Assembly: GCA_041947015.1 (NCBI GenBank)
Contig: JBHGBL010000011.1
Coordinates: forward strand, 59,915-123,914
Direction of reading: 5' to 3'
Length of the DNA stretch: 64,000 bases
From: Vicinamibacterales bacterium
GTDB lineage: Bacteria > Acidobacteriota > Vicinamibacteria > Vicinamibacterales > Fen-181
Positions within the stretch are counted from its first letter, which is position 1. Each line of letters begins with the position of its first letter. Of this stretch, positions 62,547-64,000 are shown one piece after another. A program made the translations under genes and the position numbers. The notes under the pieces are model-generated. The model was not told the origin of the DNA and did not search any database. It saw only the letters and a list, made by a program, of their open reading frames with translations.

Positions 62547-63655
62547 ACTTCACACGTCTCCCGCGCCGTGCGCTCCCACGAGAACTCCCGCGCCCTAGCC
62601 AGGCCGCGCTCGCGAAGGCGCCCGCGCAGGTCTCGATCAGACAGCACGTCCTGCAGTGCCGAGGCCAGGCTGTCGGCACTTCGCGGGTCGGCGAGCCGCG
62701 CCGCGTCACCGGCGATCTCGGCCATGGACGACACGTTCGAGGTCACCACAGGGGTCCCACACGACATTGCTTCGAGAACCGGCAGGCCAAAGCCCTCGTA
62801 CAGTGACGGGTAGGCGAAGACAGCAGCACCGGAGTACAGGGCGGGCAGCGACCGGTCCGGCACGTAGCCCGTGAAGACCACCATGTCAGAAAGCCCCAGC
62901 GAGCGCGCCGCCGCGTACACGTCGCCATATCCCCACCCTGGTCGGCCCGCCATGACGAGCTTCTCGGCAGCCCCGCGATCGAGCAGCGACCTGTAGGCGT
63001 GAAGCAGTGTCACCAGGTTCTTCCGAGGTTCCAGCACGCCAACGTACAGGATGTAGGCGTTTCTCGCCACGCCGTGCTGCGAACAGACCGCGTCGATTTC
63101 ATCGACGTCGGCCACCGGCCGCAGCCACGGTGCCGCGGCGAGCGGGATGGCCCGCACCTTGGCGGGGCCCGCGACCTCCGGCCACAGCCGGGTGAGATCG
63201 TCCGCCGTGCTCTTCGAGATGGTGACGATTACGTCGGCGGTTCGCGCCGAGTGGCGCATTATGCGGGGGAAAAAGGTCCGCTTGACGCGCGTATGTACGT
63301 GCGGAAAGAGCACGAAGATCATGTCACAGAAGGTGACCACGCTCGATGCCGGCTTGAGCAAGGGAGACGTATAGTGCGGCGAGTGCAGCACGTCTATGCC
63401 GAGCCGCCGGACGAGGAGCGGCAGCAGGGATTGTTCCCATGCCATGCGCACGCCGCGAACCCGGCTGCCAGCAGGCACGAACCGGAAGTTCGGACGATCG
63501 ATGGCCCACTCCGCTATGTGCTCGGGCTTCGCGAAGACGATGAACTTGTCGCCCGTTTCCACGGACGAGATGGCGCGCACCAGGTTGAAGATGTAGTTGC
63601 CCGCGCCCACCCGGTTGGGCGGGATTGCGGTAGCGTCGATTCCAATGCACGGCAT
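62513..63655 (-). CDS. GT4-family (GT-B, Glycos_transf_1) glycosyltransferase
   Basis: YPSLYEGFGLPVLEAMSCGTPVVTSNVSSMAEI. Its start shares 1 nt with the upstream stop. Confidence 0.85.
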   Translation of the reverse strand: MPCIGIDATAIPPNRVGAGNYIFNLVRAISSVETGDKFIVFAKPEHIAEWAIDRPNFRFVPAGSRVRGVRMAWEQSLLPLLVRRLGIDVLHSPHYTSPLLKPASSVVTFCDMIFVLFPHVHTRVKRTFFPRIMRHSARTADVIVTISKSTADDLTRLWPEVAGPAKVRAIPLAAAPWLRPVADVDEIDAVCSQHGVARNAYILYVGVLEPRKNLVTLLHAYRSLLDRGAAEKLVMAGRPGWGYGDVYAAARSLGLSDMVVFTGYVPDRSLPALYSGAAVFAYPSLYEGFGLPVLEAMSCGTPVVTSNVSSMAEIAGDAARLADPRSADSLASALQDVLSDRDLRGRLRERGLARAREFSWERTARETCEVYREAARASHG

Positions 63656-64000
63656 CAGTTTCTGTGGCTCCAGGCAGCGGCCGGGCTGCTGCGACCGCTT
63701 GCCGGCAGGATCGCAGCCTCGATGACACGCCGCATCACTAGTTCCTGCGAGTACTTCGTTCGGACCTTCTCGCGGAGTTCGGCCGGGTCGTGCACGGGAA
63801 GCTGCCCGTCGAGGAAGCGGCCGACCAGGCCCGCGATGTCTGCCGCGCTGTTCCCGGACGCCAGCCATGCCGGCTCCAACGGGCCGATTACCTCGGGTAT
63901 CGCACCCACAGGTGTTGCGAGCACCGGGCGCCCGCACGCCAACGCCTCGAGCGCGATGAGCCCGAAGCACTCGAGCTCCGCCGTCGGCAGAACGAAGGCG
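63655..64000 (-). CDS. GT4-family glycosyltransferase, C-terminal part only (continues off-window)
   Basis: ELECFGLIALEALACGRPVLATPVGAIPEV reads in frame to the window edge. Confidence 0.8.
   Translation of the reverse strand, partial: AFVLPTAELECFGLIALEALACGRPVLATPVGAIPEVIGPLEPAWLASGNSAADIAGLVGRFLDGQLPVHDPAELREKVRTKYSQELVMRRVIEAAILPASGRSSPAAAWSHRN

Overview
This is a very GC-rich bacterial chromosomal segment. All six frames carry long ORFs and many track ORFs are antisense or alternate-frame shadows. My calls therefore rest on recognisable family motifs, third-position GC bias read by eye, SD and start context, signal peptides, and stop/start overlaps. I support about 47 protein genes, 3 pseudogenes or remnants, 1 decayed IS element, and several repeat or hairpin elements. 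I saw no rRNA, tRNA or CRISPR array.

Layout:
- 1-31.8 kb: a region rich in exported hydrolases. It holds an M24 peptidase, two amidohydrolase-superfamily proteins, two large paralogous M14 peptidases, an S15 X-Pro dipeptidyl peptidase and MepA-LysM. Interspersed are a Tat-signal AKR/Fe-S protein, a PLP decarboxylase, a PadR + ADOP permease pair, a PCD + MerR pair, mmsA, and a Tat-signal aminotransferase operon.
- 32-46 kb: a glutamate/aldehyde-centred metabolic cluster. It holds an AIR-synthase-like protein, GGT, a saccharopine-DH-like protein, a tungsten-type aldehyde:ferredoxin oxidoreductase with a MoaD/ThiS-like GG protein, a P5CDH-like ALDH, a C-N hydrolase, a GS-like protein, a PanE-like protein and a DASS transporter.
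- 46-53.5 kb: an SDR remnant, a CAP-domain protein, SodC, a lactate permease, DUF1846, an O-methyltransferase and a secreted unknown.
- 53.6-55.1 kb: a decayed DDE-transposase IS.
- 55-64 kb: a surface-glycan cluster.

The PadR + duplicated-orphan-permease pair suggests an Acidobacteriota-like host; this is inference only.

I found no recognisable defence, secretion or RiPP system. The most second-look-worthy items are:
- an uncharacterised, translationally coupled four-gene glycan-modification module at 58.6-62.5 kb, next to the IS scar;
- a dense inverted-repeat array (GGACTGAG/CTCAGTCC) at 5.4-5.6 kb;
- a strict 7-nt GCTG periodicity just upstream of the saccharopine-DH-like gene;
- several 1-nt frame breaks (Tat-AKR, a small G-run ORF, the SDR remnant) that may reflect either biology or assembly indels.
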